From a virus, in the IMG/VR virus record IMGVR_UViG_3300032180_000001, positions 120,981 through 184,980 of that record: a stretch of DNA of 64,000 nt; one strand, given 5' to 3'. This document shows positions 1 through 10,092 of this stretch, in pieces; within the stretch, counting starts at the first letter, position 1; every line of letters begins with the position of its first letter. Position numbers and translations under genes: made by a program. The notes below the pieces were generated by a model, which did not search any database, had not been told where the DNA came from, and worked only from the letters and a program-made list of their open reading frames with translations.

Positions 1-865
1 CGACACCAAGGTCTCCTGCCCCAGCAATGCCAAAAGGCGCATCCTTGCGCTTAAACCATTCGGTGGCCAGCTCCAGGCAGGCCTGCGATACTGTCGGCGG
101 AACAGATGGCCATCCCCAGGTGCCGGTAATCTGCACTCGGTCCATGTGCGCGAACGGGTAAATATACGGGAACCACTTACCGTTCTGCAGTACCTGTACC
201 TTCTTGAACGGGCGCTGGACTCCGAGAGCGTTCAGGTTGTAGCGATCTTTGCCAAACTTGAGCTGGTAGTCCACGTTCTGCGTCCACGCCTCAGCGAACA
301 CGCCATTCCCGGTCTGATCGACGTTAAGAGAGGTGATGCTGACCAGAGGGTCAATCGTCAGTTCCCGGATGTCGTAGGGTACGAACGTCCGCGTCTCGGT
401 AATCCGGTAAAAATGGGTGGCGCAATGCTCATTGATCCACGTACTCGCCGCCTGGATGGCCTGCTGCATGGCGAAATCGTCGGAACCGTCTTCAACGCTG
501 ATCCGGTCTCGCAGCTCCTCCAGTCCGCAGTACCAGTTGCCGAGTTGGGGCGGGAACACGCGCCAGGTGCCTGGTTGAACGTCGGAAACAGCTCCGGTAC
601 CGATCCAGATGTAGCTCCACAGCCCGTCGATTCCGGTGATGGCCGGGGAACAGGGCACGATAAGCTCATAATGCCCAACCAGTGGCTTGGTGATGTCTGC
701 GGGAGAGGCACCGTTGTACGTATGAACAACCTGATTTCCTGATGGATCAGTGACAACACAGGAAACAGTTGTCGGATCGGTGTCGACGAGTGGGTCGCCC
801 GCCTGAAACTCGTTGCTGAGCAGGGCTATCTCGTTCTGGTTGTCATAGTAGATAGTGCTGGTCAT
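1..865 (-). CDS. Head-tail adaptor (gp6/gp15-like) with N-terminal extra domain; partial, runs off left edge
   Basis: Open frame from ATG 865 to the window edge (absent from the ORF track): MTSTIYYDNQNE...WYCGLEELRDRI...QAASTWINEHC...VQITGTWGWPSVPPTVSQACLELATEWFKRKDAPFG, typical of actinophage head-tail connectors. Confidence 0.7.
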   Translation of the reverse strand, partial: MTSTIYYDNQNEIALLSNEFQAGDPLVDTDPTTVSCVVTDPSGNQVVHTYNGASPADITKPLVGHYELIVPCSPAITGIDGLWSYIWIGTGAVSDVQPGTWRVFPPQLGNWYCGLEELRDRISVEDGSDDFAMQQAIQAASTWINEHCATHFYRITETRTFVPYDIRELTIDPLVSITSLNVDQTGNGVFAEAWTQNVDYQLKFGKDRYNLNALGVQRPFKKVQVLQNGKWFPYIYPFAHMDRVQITGTWGWPSVPPTVSQACLELATEWFKRKDAPFGIAGAGDLGV

Positions 866-920
866 CAGGGCCTCCTGCGCGAGAACCCTGGCTCCATGAC
901 GGCCGCAGCGGTACGTACCC

Positions 921-3371
921 TCATGATACTCCGCTTAGGCTTCGTGCCGGGGAGGTGACAGTACTCGCGCCTGGCGCACCACCCGACACCGCCCCGTTCC
1001 GGCTCGACGCGGACTGGTTAACCGCACTCTGCGCAGGTACCAGAGCCAGTATGCTGTCCTGGCTTACCATCGGCTGTCCGATCGACGTCGCCGTGCTGTG
1101 CCCCTTAATGGTGCTGATCTCTAGGGTTCCCGGACGCAGTACGACAGACAGTGCCTCGGCAGCCTGCGCATGTGCCGCCAGCAGTAGCGAAGCAGCGGTT
1201 ATCCCTGTTCCTGTCGCTACGCCGGCAGTTAGGGCAACCTCGGTTGAAGGTGACAGCACCGATCCGGTCCCGCTGGCAAGAGAAGGAGTCACCGCAGGAG
1301 CCGCAGGCAAGACGGTTCCGGTTCCAGTTGCAAGACCAGCAACGGTAACGAAGTCGGCCGAAGCGTCCGGAGCAGTACTCACCCCGTTGGCCACTCCGGC
1401 AGTGATAGCTGTCGCGATCCCCGCATCCAGAGCGAGTCCAGACCCGAGAGCCCCCGGATCACCGCAGAATCCCGCTTCAGATGCCAATGCAACCCCGATG
1501 CCGACAGCGAGTACGGCGTCAGTAGCGATCGCGGCAGCTACAGGCAATACGGTTCCGGTTCCTACAGCGACCCCGAGCGTGGTCTGACTATCAATCGCAG
1601 AAGCCGGGGTGGCACCTGTCCCGCTGGCAAGTCCCGCACCCGCCTGATTATCAGCATCCGACGCTAGGCTAGTTCCGCTTCCGGTTGCGGTATCAGCTAC
1701 AAGCGCGAAAGAAACAACAGAAGCCTGACCCGTACCGGTAACAAGTCCAGCGGCAGTAAGCGCAGCAGTTACAGACGATACAGTCCCGATTCCGGTAGCG
1801 GTCCCCGCTGTAATCGCAATCACGGCTGGAGTCGTAACAATACTTGTTCCTGGCGCAAAACCAGCATTCCCAACGTTATCGGCATCAGGTGCCTGGCTCG
1901 CACCCGTTCCAGTCGCGAATCCAGGGGCTAGGCCAATTCCGGTAATACCAAGGCCGTAGAAACCTTCGCCGTAAGAACCTCCACCGTAAATGATCTCCGT
2001 CAGGGCGCTCGCAAGATCGGCAAAACCTTGACTGCCCGCACTAGCTGACGGGACACCCCCGGTTCCGCTGGCAGATCCCGCTGCAAGGCCGATTCCTGGT
2101 GCTTGCACAGTGACGAGGCCGTCAGCAAGCCCCGTGCCTGCAGCTACCGCGGATCCGGATGGCTGCGCAATGGCGAGACCGGTCGCAGATCCTGCCGCTA
2201 GGCTGATTCCCGGTGCTAGTGCTAGGCCCGTGCCCGATGCGAGTCCTACGAAGCCCTGATTATCGGCATCCGGTGCCTGCGCAGCTCCGGTTCCAATGGC
2301 AAGCCCCGCAGCTACGAATACCGGAATCTGAGCTGTTGGTGCCTGTGCCGTACCGGTGGCGGATGCGAAGCCGGGGGTCAGTTCTGCTCCAGGGGCTCCT
2401 GCCGTGCCCGTGCCTGAAACGAGTCCTGCGCCCCCCTGGTTGTCGGCATCAGAGGTCTGCGCTATTCCGGTTCCGGTGGCGAGACCTGGTGTCAGTCCGA
2501 CCGCAAGCCCGTCAACAACGGGAGCCCCCGTACCGATCCAGGTTTGATCTGAAGCAGCAAGGTTATCCATCCAAAACGTGTTCGTGCTGTTCGATACGCT
2601 GGAGCCGATAAGGGCGAAGTTAAGTGCGGAAACGTTGTTGTTAGCTGCGTTGTTGACTGAATCCTGCAGAGTACCAGAAGCGTCGTAAAGTCGAGCGAAA
2701 GTCTGCGCATTTCCTGCCCCGGAAACAAACATGCCTTCAATTCGGTACCAGGTGTTCAGTGACATGGCGGTACCGGTACCGTTAACATTGCCGCCAGGTC
2801 CTATGGCAGAAATATGCCCGGTGCCTGTGATACCCAGCCCTAGTGCACCGGCTCCTGCACGGAATACGTACCCGATTGAATAGTTTGTCAGGTAGATATA
2901 AGCCCGCAGATAGAGGATAGCCGAGTTATACGGAAGCGGGTTCCAGCCGGTATAGCTGAGGCTCGCGGACGTGACAAACTTATAAGCCAGGGAGCCAGCG
3001 AAAACCTGAGAGTTGTCAAAGGTAATTGTTCCCACGCCACCTTGGGTAAGCGCATCACCTGACACTCCGCCGGAGTTCCCCGCTGTTACGGCCGTAGTGT
3101 TCGAGCCGCCTTCAGCTGTGTTTTTCAGCGCTAGAAAGCGAGCGCAGGCTACTCCGGTGCCTGTGGCGAGTCCGGCAGCCAGTCCTATTCCGGAAGACTG
3201 TACAGCACCGGTTCCGTGGGCGAGTCCTGCAGTGACGAATAGAGATGCCTCGCTATACAAAACAGGTGAGGCAACCGTCGTGCAGGCCGGCCATGGGAAC
3301 TGCGGGACGACAATCTTACTAGTGCCGGGAACAAGTGCGACACCGCCGTCGAGCTGGATGACTACTGCCAT
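921..3371 (-). CDS. Ala/Gly/Thr-rich repeat protein with a beta-sandwich-like module; putative virion surface protein
   Basis: 816 aa; many AGxATGTG / DADNQ repeats; shares a module with 6670..10092. Confidence 0.55.
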   Translation of the reverse strand: MAVVIQLDGGVALVPGTSKIVVPQFPWPACTTVASPVLYSEASLFVTAGLAHGTGAVQSSGIGLAAGLATGTGVACARFLALKNTAEGGSNTTAVTAGNSGGVSGDALTQGGVGTITFDNSQVFAGSLAYKFVTSASLSYTGWNPLPYNSAILYLRAYIYLTNYSIGYVFRAGAGALGLGITGTGHISAIGPGGNVNGTGTAMSLNTWYRIEGMFVSGAGNAQTFARLYDASGTLQDSVNNAANNNVSALNFALIGSSVSNSTNTFWMDNLAASDQTWIGTGAPVVDGLAVGLTPGLATGTGIAQTSDADNQGGAGLVSGTGTAGAPGAELTPGFASATGTAQAPTAQIPVFVAAGLAIGTGAAQAPDADNQGFVGLASGTGLALAPGISLAAGSATGLAIAQPSGSAVAAGTGLADGLVTVQAPGIGLAAGSASGTGGVPSASAGSQGFADLASALTEIIYGGGSYGEGFYGLGITGIGLAPGFATGTGASQAPDADNVGNAGFAPGTSIVTTPAVIAITAGTATGIGTVSSVTAALTAAGLVTGTGQASVVSFALVADTATGSGTSLASDADNQAGAGLASGTGATPASAIDSQTTLGVAVGTGTVLPVAAAIATDAVLAVGIGVALASEAGFCGDPGALGSGLALDAGIATAITAGVANGVSTAPDASADFVTVAGLATGTGTVLPAAPAVTPSLASGTGSVLSPSTEVALTAGVATGTGITAASLLLAAHAQAAEALSVVLRPGTLEISTIKGHSTATSIGQPMVSQDSILALVPAQSAVNQSASSRNGAVSGGAPGASTVTSPARSLSGVS
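2400..3176. repeat. Copy 1 of a ~780-bp duplicated coding module
   Basis: Near-identical to 7868..8643 (ACARFLALKNTAEGGSNTT...DADNQGGAGLVSGTGTA). Confidence 0.9.
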
Positions 3372-3411
3372 AACACTACCAGCATGTGATCACGCACTTA
3401 TAATCACAACC

Positions 3412-3879
3412 CTACTTTCTAGGTGTACCGTTATAAACTCTCCCCTTATGCAAACCACATGTGCAGCCTGGAAGACAAGGTTGCTTCCTTGGAGCATTAT
3501 GCTTTCCACAATCACAGCCAGGAAGACAAGGAGGGGACCCAGGAAGACCATGTTTTGCGCATTCGCAGCCCGGAAAACATGGTGGAGATGGTCTAAGATT
3601 TCCAACTGTTCCATCATAAACTCCGTGACAGCTATAGCACAACGGCCTGTAGTGCCAAACATCTGAACCATCTAGTCCGTGAATTTGAGACCATTGCTTA
3701 GCAAAGTCGTTACAAAACGTGCATCCATAACCAGTAGCTTTGCCTCTTACTTTCTTAACAAGAGAATGGAGGTTAAAGTAGTCTAGTTCACCATCGTATG
3801 CCCTACCTTTGTGTCTACCGCACTCGCACCCTGGAAGGCATTTTTTACCGGGGTGATTACTTCGATTTCCTTTAGTCAT
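3412..3879 (-). CDS. HNH-like (His-Me finger) endonuclease with four C(L/F)PGCxCxxH repeats
   Basis: LHSLVKKVRGKA..YGCTFC..AKQWSQIHG...YRPLCYSCHGVYD; AT-rich; own promoter directly upstream of ATG 3879. Confidence 0.55.
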   Translation of the reverse strand: MTKGNRSNHPGKKCLPGCECGRHKGRAYDGELDYFNLHSLVKKVRGKATGYGCTFCNDFAKQWSQIHGLDGSDVWHYRPLCYSCHGVYDGTVGNLRPSPPCFPGCECAKHGLPGSPPCLPGCDCGKHNAPRKQPCLPGCTCGLHKGRVYNGTPRK

Positions 3880-3885
3880 AGTAGT

Positions 3886-3914
3886 ATTATACAACATTCC
3901 TTGAATAAATTCAA
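3886..3914 (-). promoter_or_regulatory. Sigma70/SigA-type promoter for a leaderless HNH transcript
   Basis: TTGAAT-17 nt-TATAAT, 6 nt before ATG 3879; the -35 lies in the palindrome TTGAAT-AA-ATTCAA (3901..3914). Confidence 0.6.
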
Positions 3915-3926
3915 CCATTGAAATTC

Positions 3927-4899
3927 CTAACCAGCATGTTATACAGACGAGTCCATTACCACCGTTCCCGCCTGCACCGCCTGTAACTCCACCGCCTCCG
4001 CCTCCGCCGCCACAGCCGATAGCACCATCGCCACCACGGCCACCGATACCAGCGCTAGCCGATCCGCCACCCGTTCCCCCGAAGAATACCCAGGTTAGAT
4101 TGGTATAACTAGCTCCGGACACTCCGGCACCTCCCCCGCCTGCGACCCCGGTACCCCCAGGAAAATTAGCCGGAAAAAAATTAGGCCCTACACCTGAATA
4201 TGTATTCGAATACGGTGTTATACTACCGCCATTTGTATCGCCATTTGCAGCTGATGCGCCCCCTCCGCCGCTGCCTCCGGTTGTCATTATTCCGCCTGCA
4301 GCAAGAGTCACACCTGTAGCATTTCCTGTTCCATTCCCGCCAGCGGAGGCGGAGGCGATAATGGAACTAGCTGATACCATCCCGACCATACCATAACCAG
4401 CATAAGACTGACTTCCATTTTCACTAGCCCCAGCTGCACCGCCCACACTAGCTGTCCCGGCTGATCCGAAAGCTGCCGACTGGTTTGAATTAGTTACAGC
4501 AAGAGCAGGGGCCTGACCGCCTATATTACTGCCGCGCATGATGTCACCAAATAGTCCTACGGCAGTAACATCGCCCGAAGAGCCGTTTGAACCAGCCGCA
4601 CCGCCCGCACCGCCAGTCCCTGCATAAACATATAGAGAGGCAGGCAAGAGAAATGCCGGGACCAGGTACCGTACAGATGCCCCGGCGCCGCCACCGCCTC
4701 CGCCGCCACGTAGTGTAGAAGTGGCTCCAGAATAGCCTCCTCCGCCACCAGCCCCGGGTCCGATCAGCATCATCCAGACCATGGTAATCCCTTTTGGTTT
4801 TGTCCATATCTGACAGGAGTTTAGACCGATATTGTAAAACACCTGCTGCCGGTCACCTGTATCTGGCCAGCCAAAAAAATCAGGCATGTCAGTAATCAC
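3927..4899 (-). CDS. Glycine-rich putative virion protein (~323 aa, ends VCITCW)
   Basis: GGGGG-rich repeats; natural end TGG T TAG; in the zero frame it reads TTA and fuses to the HNH ORF. Confidence 0.55.
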
Positions 4900-5329
4900 C
4901 GCCGACGACTGATACCCGCACTCCGGCTGCTACAGCAGTTCCTAGCGTACAGTTAATGACATATCCAGCGGGGATGGCAAAATTAAAGGCGATCTCGCTT
5001 GTCTGAAGAGCTGCTGCCGCATTCGCGGTAGATGCAGGAATAGTCAGCTCTGAGATCAAGACGTTGTTCGCTTGCGTCGCGTTAGTAGACCCATTATTAA
5101 GAAAAACACGGAGAACAGTAGTAACATTCGTACCGACCGGACGGCAGACTAGCTTCTGAATGTACGAGCCATTCGCCCCGGCGGTGAAGACCGAAGTTAC
5201 ATAACCTGTACCATCCATCGCTGTGTTAGCAGACAGTATCGGTCCTGCGGTTGCCGCCGCATTGTCGTCGACTGAACCCCAGCTGATATGCGGCGTGAGG
5301 GTAAACAGGGGGGCGGTGTTAGCAGGCAT
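4889..5329 (-). CDS. Hypothetical putative virion protein
   Basis: 146 aa, beta-rich, coupled to the downstream gene. Confidence 0.55.
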   Translation of the reverse strand: MPANTAPLFTLTPHISWGSVDDNAAATAGPILSANTAMDGTGYVTSVFTAGANGSYIQKLVCRPVGTNVTTVLRVFLNNGSTNATQANNVLISELTIPASTANAAAALQTSEIAFNFAIPAGYVINCTLGTAVAAGVRVSVVGGDY

Positions 5330-5337
5330 CTCGGCTC

Positions 5338-5550
5338 CTACTCGTGATCCCGGTCGTCACCCTGGGCGGTAACGCCTGGCTGGCTGCTCGCTGGGTAGAC
5401 GCGGGTTAGCTCGGAGCCGTCCGGGTAGACGCGAGCCGAGTCGGGGTTGCCGTCAGCGGCGAAGTACGAGCCGGTGACCGTCAGGTCGGTGAGGTTCAGG
5501 GCGGCAGCAACCGCAGACGCGAGTCCCGAGGGGAGACTGAGGTTTGCCAT
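5338..5550 (-). CDS. Small protein with RVYP motifs and GDDRDH C-terminus
   Basis: ATG 5550 after RBS GCAGGAG; C-terminus resembles that of 27253..28170. Confidence 0.5.
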   Translation of the reverse strand: MANLSLPSGLASAVAAALNLTDLTVTGSYFAADGNPDSARVYPDGSELTRVYPASSQPGVTAQGDDRDHE

Positions 5551-5680
5551 GTCGTCTCCTGCAGGTCGAGGGAACCTGGCTCCAGGATGGCGCTGGCCGC
5601 AGATGGCACTTCTCGTCCATCGTACCGTCAACCGGCCCGATCGTACCTCCGCGCTCCCGAAGACTTGCCGAGCTGCACCG

Positions 5681-6148
5681 CTATGCCGCCATCTGAATCG
5701 TAAGAATCCCGAGCACATTCCATGAAATGGCGAATGTTCCGGCTACCGTCGAATACCCGGTGCCGCCGAAATAAATGCCGCAGATTTTAGCCTTCGGACT
5801 AAGACCATTAGCATATATATAGCAGCCATAGGCAGGGGCGGTTGTAGTGGTGCTCCCGACGCTAACATTATTCATTGACCACATAAGTGTTTTACTTGGT
5901 GATTGCGTCAGGGTCGGGGCATAGGAACCAGTGCTCAGGTTGATGCCGCCCGTCGGCCAATTCGAACCCGCAGTCACCTCATTCCCATTAGTCCAGGTAG
6001 ACGGATCAGTAGCTGAAATATAGTCAGGTGTCTCCGAGTTTGTAGATAGCGACAAATTATTGTTTGTATCGAGAAGACTCATCGCGATGACTTGCTTAAG
6101 GGTATCTCTAAAAGTGGCGTAAAAGATACCACTCTCCGTCCAGGCCAT
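5681..6148 (-). CDS. Putative virion protein, intein-free paralog of 11987..12937
   Basis: RBS GGAGGG; shared motifs GNEVT..NW..GG, YGC.IY, YFGG...VAGTF. Confidence 0.6.
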   Translation of the reverse strand: MAWTESGIFYATFRDTLKQVIAMSLLDTNNNLSLSTNSETPDYISATDPSTWTNGNEVTAGSNWPTGGINLSTGSYAPTLTQSPSKTLMWSMNNVSVGSTTTTAPAYGCYIYANGLSPKAKICGIYFGGTGYSTVAGTFAISWNVLGILTIQMAA

Positions 6149-6149
6149 A

Positions 6150-6404
6150 TCACCCTCCGTTACTCGGTAGCACGCCCGCTGCCACGCCCTGCGCGGCCCG
6201 GACCGGTGCCAGCTCGTCAGCGAGAGCCTGCGCAGCGGTGTGATCTCCGTCTGCCATCGCCTCCGCGTACAGAGCGACCAGCTCATTCAGCGGACGGGAT
6301 GCGCCCAGGTGCCCGACTGCGGCCTTGCGCAGCACGGCAGGGTCAGCGTCTGGCTGATGCTCGCGCAGCGCCTTATCAAAAATCGCCTGGCTCTGCCAGC
6401 TCAT
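6150..6404 (-). CDS. Hypothetical protein
   Basis: 84 aa, helical, coupled to neighbours. Confidence 0.5.
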   Translation of the reverse strand: MSWQSQAIFDKALREHQPDADPAVLRKAAVGHLGASRPLNELVALYAEAMADGDHTAAQALADELAPVRAAQGVAAGVLPSNGG

Positions 6405-6646
6405 ATCAGCCCCGTCTTCGTCTCGATAGTCTGGGGATGGATGTTCACATCTTGCCGACAGGAAACTCCTGAGCCGGGATTACTATGTTCGGTTACCATG
6501 TTTCCAAGCGTGTCAGTAGTTTCCTTGAAAGGCAGGTGCGACTCGGGGTGCTCACGGCCTGATTTTTCTGTTACCCGTGTTCGTCCATGGGACAGATGAC
6601 CGATTGACTTCATCCGGTCCAGCTGCTTACGCCACTCATCCGTCAT
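6401..6646 (-). CDS. Hypothetical protein
   Basis: 81 aa from ATG 6646, RBS GGAGAGGA. Confidence 0.5.
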   Translation of the reverse strand: MTDEWRKQLDRMKSIGHLSHGRTRVTEKSGREHPESHLPFKETTDTLGNMVTEHSNPGSGVSCRQDVNIHPQTIETKTGLI

Positions 6647-6669
6647 CGCGATGTCCTCTCCAACTGCTC

Positions 6670-9600
6670 TCAGGGTACCGTCCACACAGCGTTAGAATTA
6701 TCCGGTACGCCAATTACGCCAGGTGCGTTCGTCCAGGCTCCCTCCCCCGCAGTCACCGGCAGGTCTTCAGCCGTGGCCCAGCTGAGCGATGTCACGTCGG
6801 TGATGACTGGGAACGCCGGCACGACGGCAAGAGTAGCCGGGTGCACGGTGGCGTTCGCATCGGCCACGACCGCCGGTACCGGGATCACCGCAGAGACGCT
6901 CAGCGCACTCGCGAAGATATGCGCGGCCTCGAACCCGGCAGTAGCGGCCGGTAGCGCTGAGGCAACGGCAAGCGTACTCGGAGCGACCGACGCGTTCACG
7001 ATCCCGCTAGCCGATGGTGCCTGAATTGCGGTGAGCACGTTGAACGTCTCCGGGAAAACAATCGCGCTGTGGCCTGGCAGCCAGACGACAGACAGGCTTA
7101 CAGCGTCAACGTTCACCGTTGCGCCGTGATTGCCCAGAAGAGTGCCGGCGATCACCCGCAGCCGGAGCGTGGCAAGCTGGCTGTAGGCTACCCCACTGAA
7201 TTCAACGACATCGGCGTGGCCGGGAACGGTAGACACGGTGCCCATCTGGGGAGAGCCGATCCGTGCAGAGGTTCCGTCCCACAGTTCGTACGAGGGCGCA
7301 ACGATACTCGCGTTGGAACCGTATTGCACGATAGTGGCGATTACGGACTGGATGAGAGAACCGGCCGGTACCTGCGGGAATGAGCTGAACCCGTAGCCTT
7401 CTAGCGCTGGAGACATAGTCGCCACGCTTGGCGGCAGTGCCGTGCCCGCTCCGGCGACGGATCCCGCGATTACCCTGCTCGCGGGCGCGGGAGCCTGTGC
7501 AGCAGCAATGCCCGAAACCAATCCAGGAGCCAATCCCATCCCGGTAATTCCGAGACCGTAGAAACCTCCTCCGTAAGAACCTCCGCCATAGGTAATTTCC
7601 GTCAAAGCGCTTGCAAGCCCGGTACTAGCGGCCTGGTTATCAGCATCGGGCGCCTGGCTTACGCCCGTCCCGGTAACAAGACCGACGGTAAGCCCGATAC
7701 CGATAAGACTGAAACCATACACTCCCGCGCCGTACACGCCACCGCTGTACACAGGTCCTGTCAACCCAGCGGCGAATCCGGCAGCGACCTGATTATCAGC
7801 ATCTGGCGACAGAACCGTACCCGTACCGCCCGCAGTCCCTGAGCTAATCCCTCGACCGACTACCTGCGCCGTGCCCGTGCCTGAAACGAGTCCTGCGCCC
7901 CCCTGGTTATCGGCATCCGGTGCCTGCGCAGCTCCGGTTCCGGTGGCAAGACCTGGTGTCAGTCCGACCGCGAGCCCGGCAACGAGAGGAGCCCCTGTAC
8001 CGATCCAGGCCTGATCAGAGGCGGCCAGGTTATCCAGCCAGAGCGTGGTCGTGCTGTTCGAGATGCTGGAACCAATAAGAGCGAAGCCAAATGTTGAAAC
8101 ATTATTGTTAGCCGCGTTGTTTACCGAGTCCAGCAAGGTGCCAGAGGTATCGTACATGCGGACAAATGCCTGCGCATTACCAGCTCCGGCTACGAACATA
8201 CCTTCAATTCGGTACCAGGTATTCAAAGAGGCCGCCGTACCGGTACCAGTAACGTTACCGCCAGGGCCTGCTGCGAGCAAATGCCCCGAGCTATTAATGA
8301 GCAACCCCAGTGCCCCGGTTCCAGCCCGGAATATATACCCGACAGAGTAGTTCGTCAGGTAAATATACGCCCGCATGTAAAGAATCGCCGGGTTGTATGG
8401 ACATGGGTTCCAGCCGGTATAGCTGAGGCTCGCAGCAGTGACGAACTTATAAGCCAGAGAGCCGGCGAAAACCTGAGAGTTGTCAAAGGTAACTGTTCCC
8501 ACGCCACCTTGGGTAAGCGCATCACCTGACACTCCGCCGGAGTTCCCTGCTGTTACGGCAGTTGTGTTCGAGCCGCCCTCGGCCGTGTTTTTCAGCGCCA
8601 GGAAGCGAGCGCAGGCGATTCCGGTACCTGTGGCGAGTCCGGCGGTGATCTGAACGTTCGAAGAAGGTGACTGCGATACCCCTGTTCCGGTAGTCAGTCC
8701 CGGTGTCAGCTCCGTACTCGGTACCTGAGCGGTTCCGGTGCCTGTCGCGAGTCCCGGAGTTAGCTCGATGCCCGATGCCGAAACGGATCCAGTACCTGTT
8801 GCCAAACCGGGCGTCAGCTCGATGCCCTGTCCTGGCGGGGTAAGGACAGAAGCGTCGTCAATATACAGCTGGATGGTCGAGTCTGGCGTCCCGTTAAATC
8901 CTACGCTGGCATGAACCTTGTAAGTGCCTGCGGGTATAGTAAACGCGCCTGACGTGTAGAATCCAGCCGTCGCGGCGGGAAGGTTAAAAGAGGCAGGATA
9001 GTATCCGCCCAGGTAGTTGCTCCCGGAATAATCAAAGTAGTCCATGGTAAATCGGGTAAGAGAGTAACCTTGCGGGCTGTAAAGATAAGCCTGAACCTGA
9101 AGAACCTGACCAGGGACAACGTTTATTGTCTCAATGGTGACGATGCCTGACGATACCCCAGTTGTTGTCATCAACCAGGACTGGGTGCCGTCGTTCGACC
9201 ACCCAGAAGAAAGCGCTCCGGTCACGCCAGTTTGGAATACATTCCACAGCCCGGTACTGCCCTCGAAATTGTCGAAGGTGATGACCGTGGTTCCGGTGCC
9301 GGTAGCGAAAGAGGTTGCCTGTGGTGGTGTCAGCCCAATGCTCGTTGCCCGAGCTGTACCTGTACCGGTGGCTAGCCCCGCGGTCACCGTGAAAGTTTCC
9401 TTTGCCAGCAAAAGATAAGAGTTGCTGGAAACGGCTTCGTTGAACGTCTGACCACCGGGCGTGACCGTTCCCGTAGACGACAAGGTCTCCGTGTAAGCTG
9501 ACACCGAGTTCGCGAAGGCCCCGCCCGCCCCCGCATATCCGCCCAGGGCGACAACTGAGAAACCACTGGACGGCGTGGTCATCGAGATAGCGGAAGAACC

Positions 9601-10092
9601 GCTTGTCTGGTAGCGCGCCGCGTTGAGAATGATCGCCATATCGGCTGCATACGTAGCAACAGCGGTATTAGGCGTATTCACCGTGCCTGGCGATGTGATG
9701 ACATGGACGCTGCTCTCAGCATCAAAAACAGCAGTAGCCGGAGCGTTCGCAGCCGTAGAGCGCAAGGCGAGCATCATATAGGCATAGGCAGCGCTGGTAC
9801 CCCAGCTAAAGGTCGGAGCGGTATCTCCGGTAGCGTATGTTTTATACGCAAGCATGGACGTAAACGGGGCGTTCGTCGCAGCATTGCTGTCGCTGCTCGT
9901 GATCGTCCAGGTACCTGTGCCTGCACTCTGGGTGAAGGTCAGGCCGGAGGCAGTGACCAGGAAGATGACGAGAACGAGGTCGCCGTTGCTGGCTCCAGCT
10001 GTCGTCCAGCCCGTATACTGGGTTGCCTGCGAGGTGACACCGGCCGTTCCGCTGTTACTCGGCGCTAGGTACCCGCGTAGTGCTACGGCCAC
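6670..10092 (-). CDS. Large multi-domain Ala/Gly/Thr-rich putative virion protein with carbohydrate-binding-like modules
   Basis: 1140 aa; ELTPGLATGTG repeats; CBM-like segment (NVVPGQVLQVQAYLYSP...QLYIDDASV). Confidence 0.55.
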   Translation of the reverse strand: MAVALRGYLAPSNSGTAGVTSQATQYTGWTTAGASNGDLVLVIFLVTASGLTFTQSAGTGTWTITSSDSNAATNAPFTSMLAYKTYATGDTAPTFSWGTSAAYAYMMLALRSTAANAPATAVFDAESSVHVITSPGTVNTPNTAVATYAADMAIILNAARYQTSGSSAISMTTPSSGFSVVALGGYAGAGGAFANSVSAYTETLSSTGTVTPGGQTFNEAVSSNSYLLLAKETFTVTAGLATGTGTARATSIGLTPPQATSFATGTGTTVITFDNFEGSTGLWNVFQTGVTGALSSGWSNDGTQSWLMTTTGVSSGIVTIETINVVPGQVLQVQAYLYSPQGYSLTRFTMDYFDYSGSNYLGGYYPASFNLPAATAGFYTSGAFTIPAGTYKVHASVGFNGTPDSTIQLYIDDASVLTPPGQGIELTPGLATGTGSVSASGIELTPGLATGTGTAQVPSTELTPGLTTGTGVSQSPSSNVQITAGLATGTGIACARFLALKNTAEGGSNTTAVTAGNSGGVSGDALTQGGVGTVTFDNSQVFAGSLAYKFVTAASLSYTGWNPCPYNPAILYMRAYIYLTNYSVGYIFRAGTGALGLLINSSGHLLAAGPGGNVTGTGTAASLNTWYRIEGMFVAGAGNAQAFVRMYDTSGTLLDSVNNAANNNVSTFGFALIGSSISNSTTTLWLDNLAASDQAWIGTGAPLVAGLAVGLTPGLATGTGAAQAPDADNQGGAGLVSGTGTAQVVGRGISSGTAGGTGTVLSPDADNQVAAGFAAGLTGPVYSGGVYGAGVYGFSLIGIGLTVGLVTGTGVSQAPDADNQAASTGLASALTEITYGGGSYGGGFYGLGITGMGLAPGLVSGIAAAQAPAPASRVIAGSVAGAGTALPPSVATMSPALEGYGFSSFPQVPAGSLIQSVIATIVQYGSNASIVAPSYELWDGTSARIGSPQMGTVSTVPGHADVVEFSGVAYSQLATLRLRVIAGTLLGNHGATVNVDAVSLSVVWLPGHSAIVFPETFNVLTAIQAPSASGIVNASVAPSTLAVASALPAATAGFEAAHIFASALSVSAVIPVPAVVADANATVHPATLAVVPAFPVITDVTSLSWATAEDLPVTAGEGAWTNAPGVIGVPDNSNAVWTVP
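7868..8643. repeat. Copy 2 of a ~780-bp duplicated coding module
   Basis: Near-identical to 2400..3176. Confidence 0.9.

Noticed and set aside
3412-3930. Group I intron carrying the HNH
   Set aside because: No downstream exon continuing the Gly-rich protein and no recognisable P/Q/R/S core elements.
3412-4899. A single 495-aa protein, as listed in the ORF track
   Set aside because: There is a sharp composition break, an internal consensus promoter with its own ATG, and a +1 TAG at the junction; treated as two genes, with fusion at most conditional.
2400-8643. Diversity-generating retroelement TR/VR pair
   Set aside because: No reverse transcriptase in the window; both copies are internal coding modules, and the differences looked mostly synonymous rather than adenine-specific (by eye).
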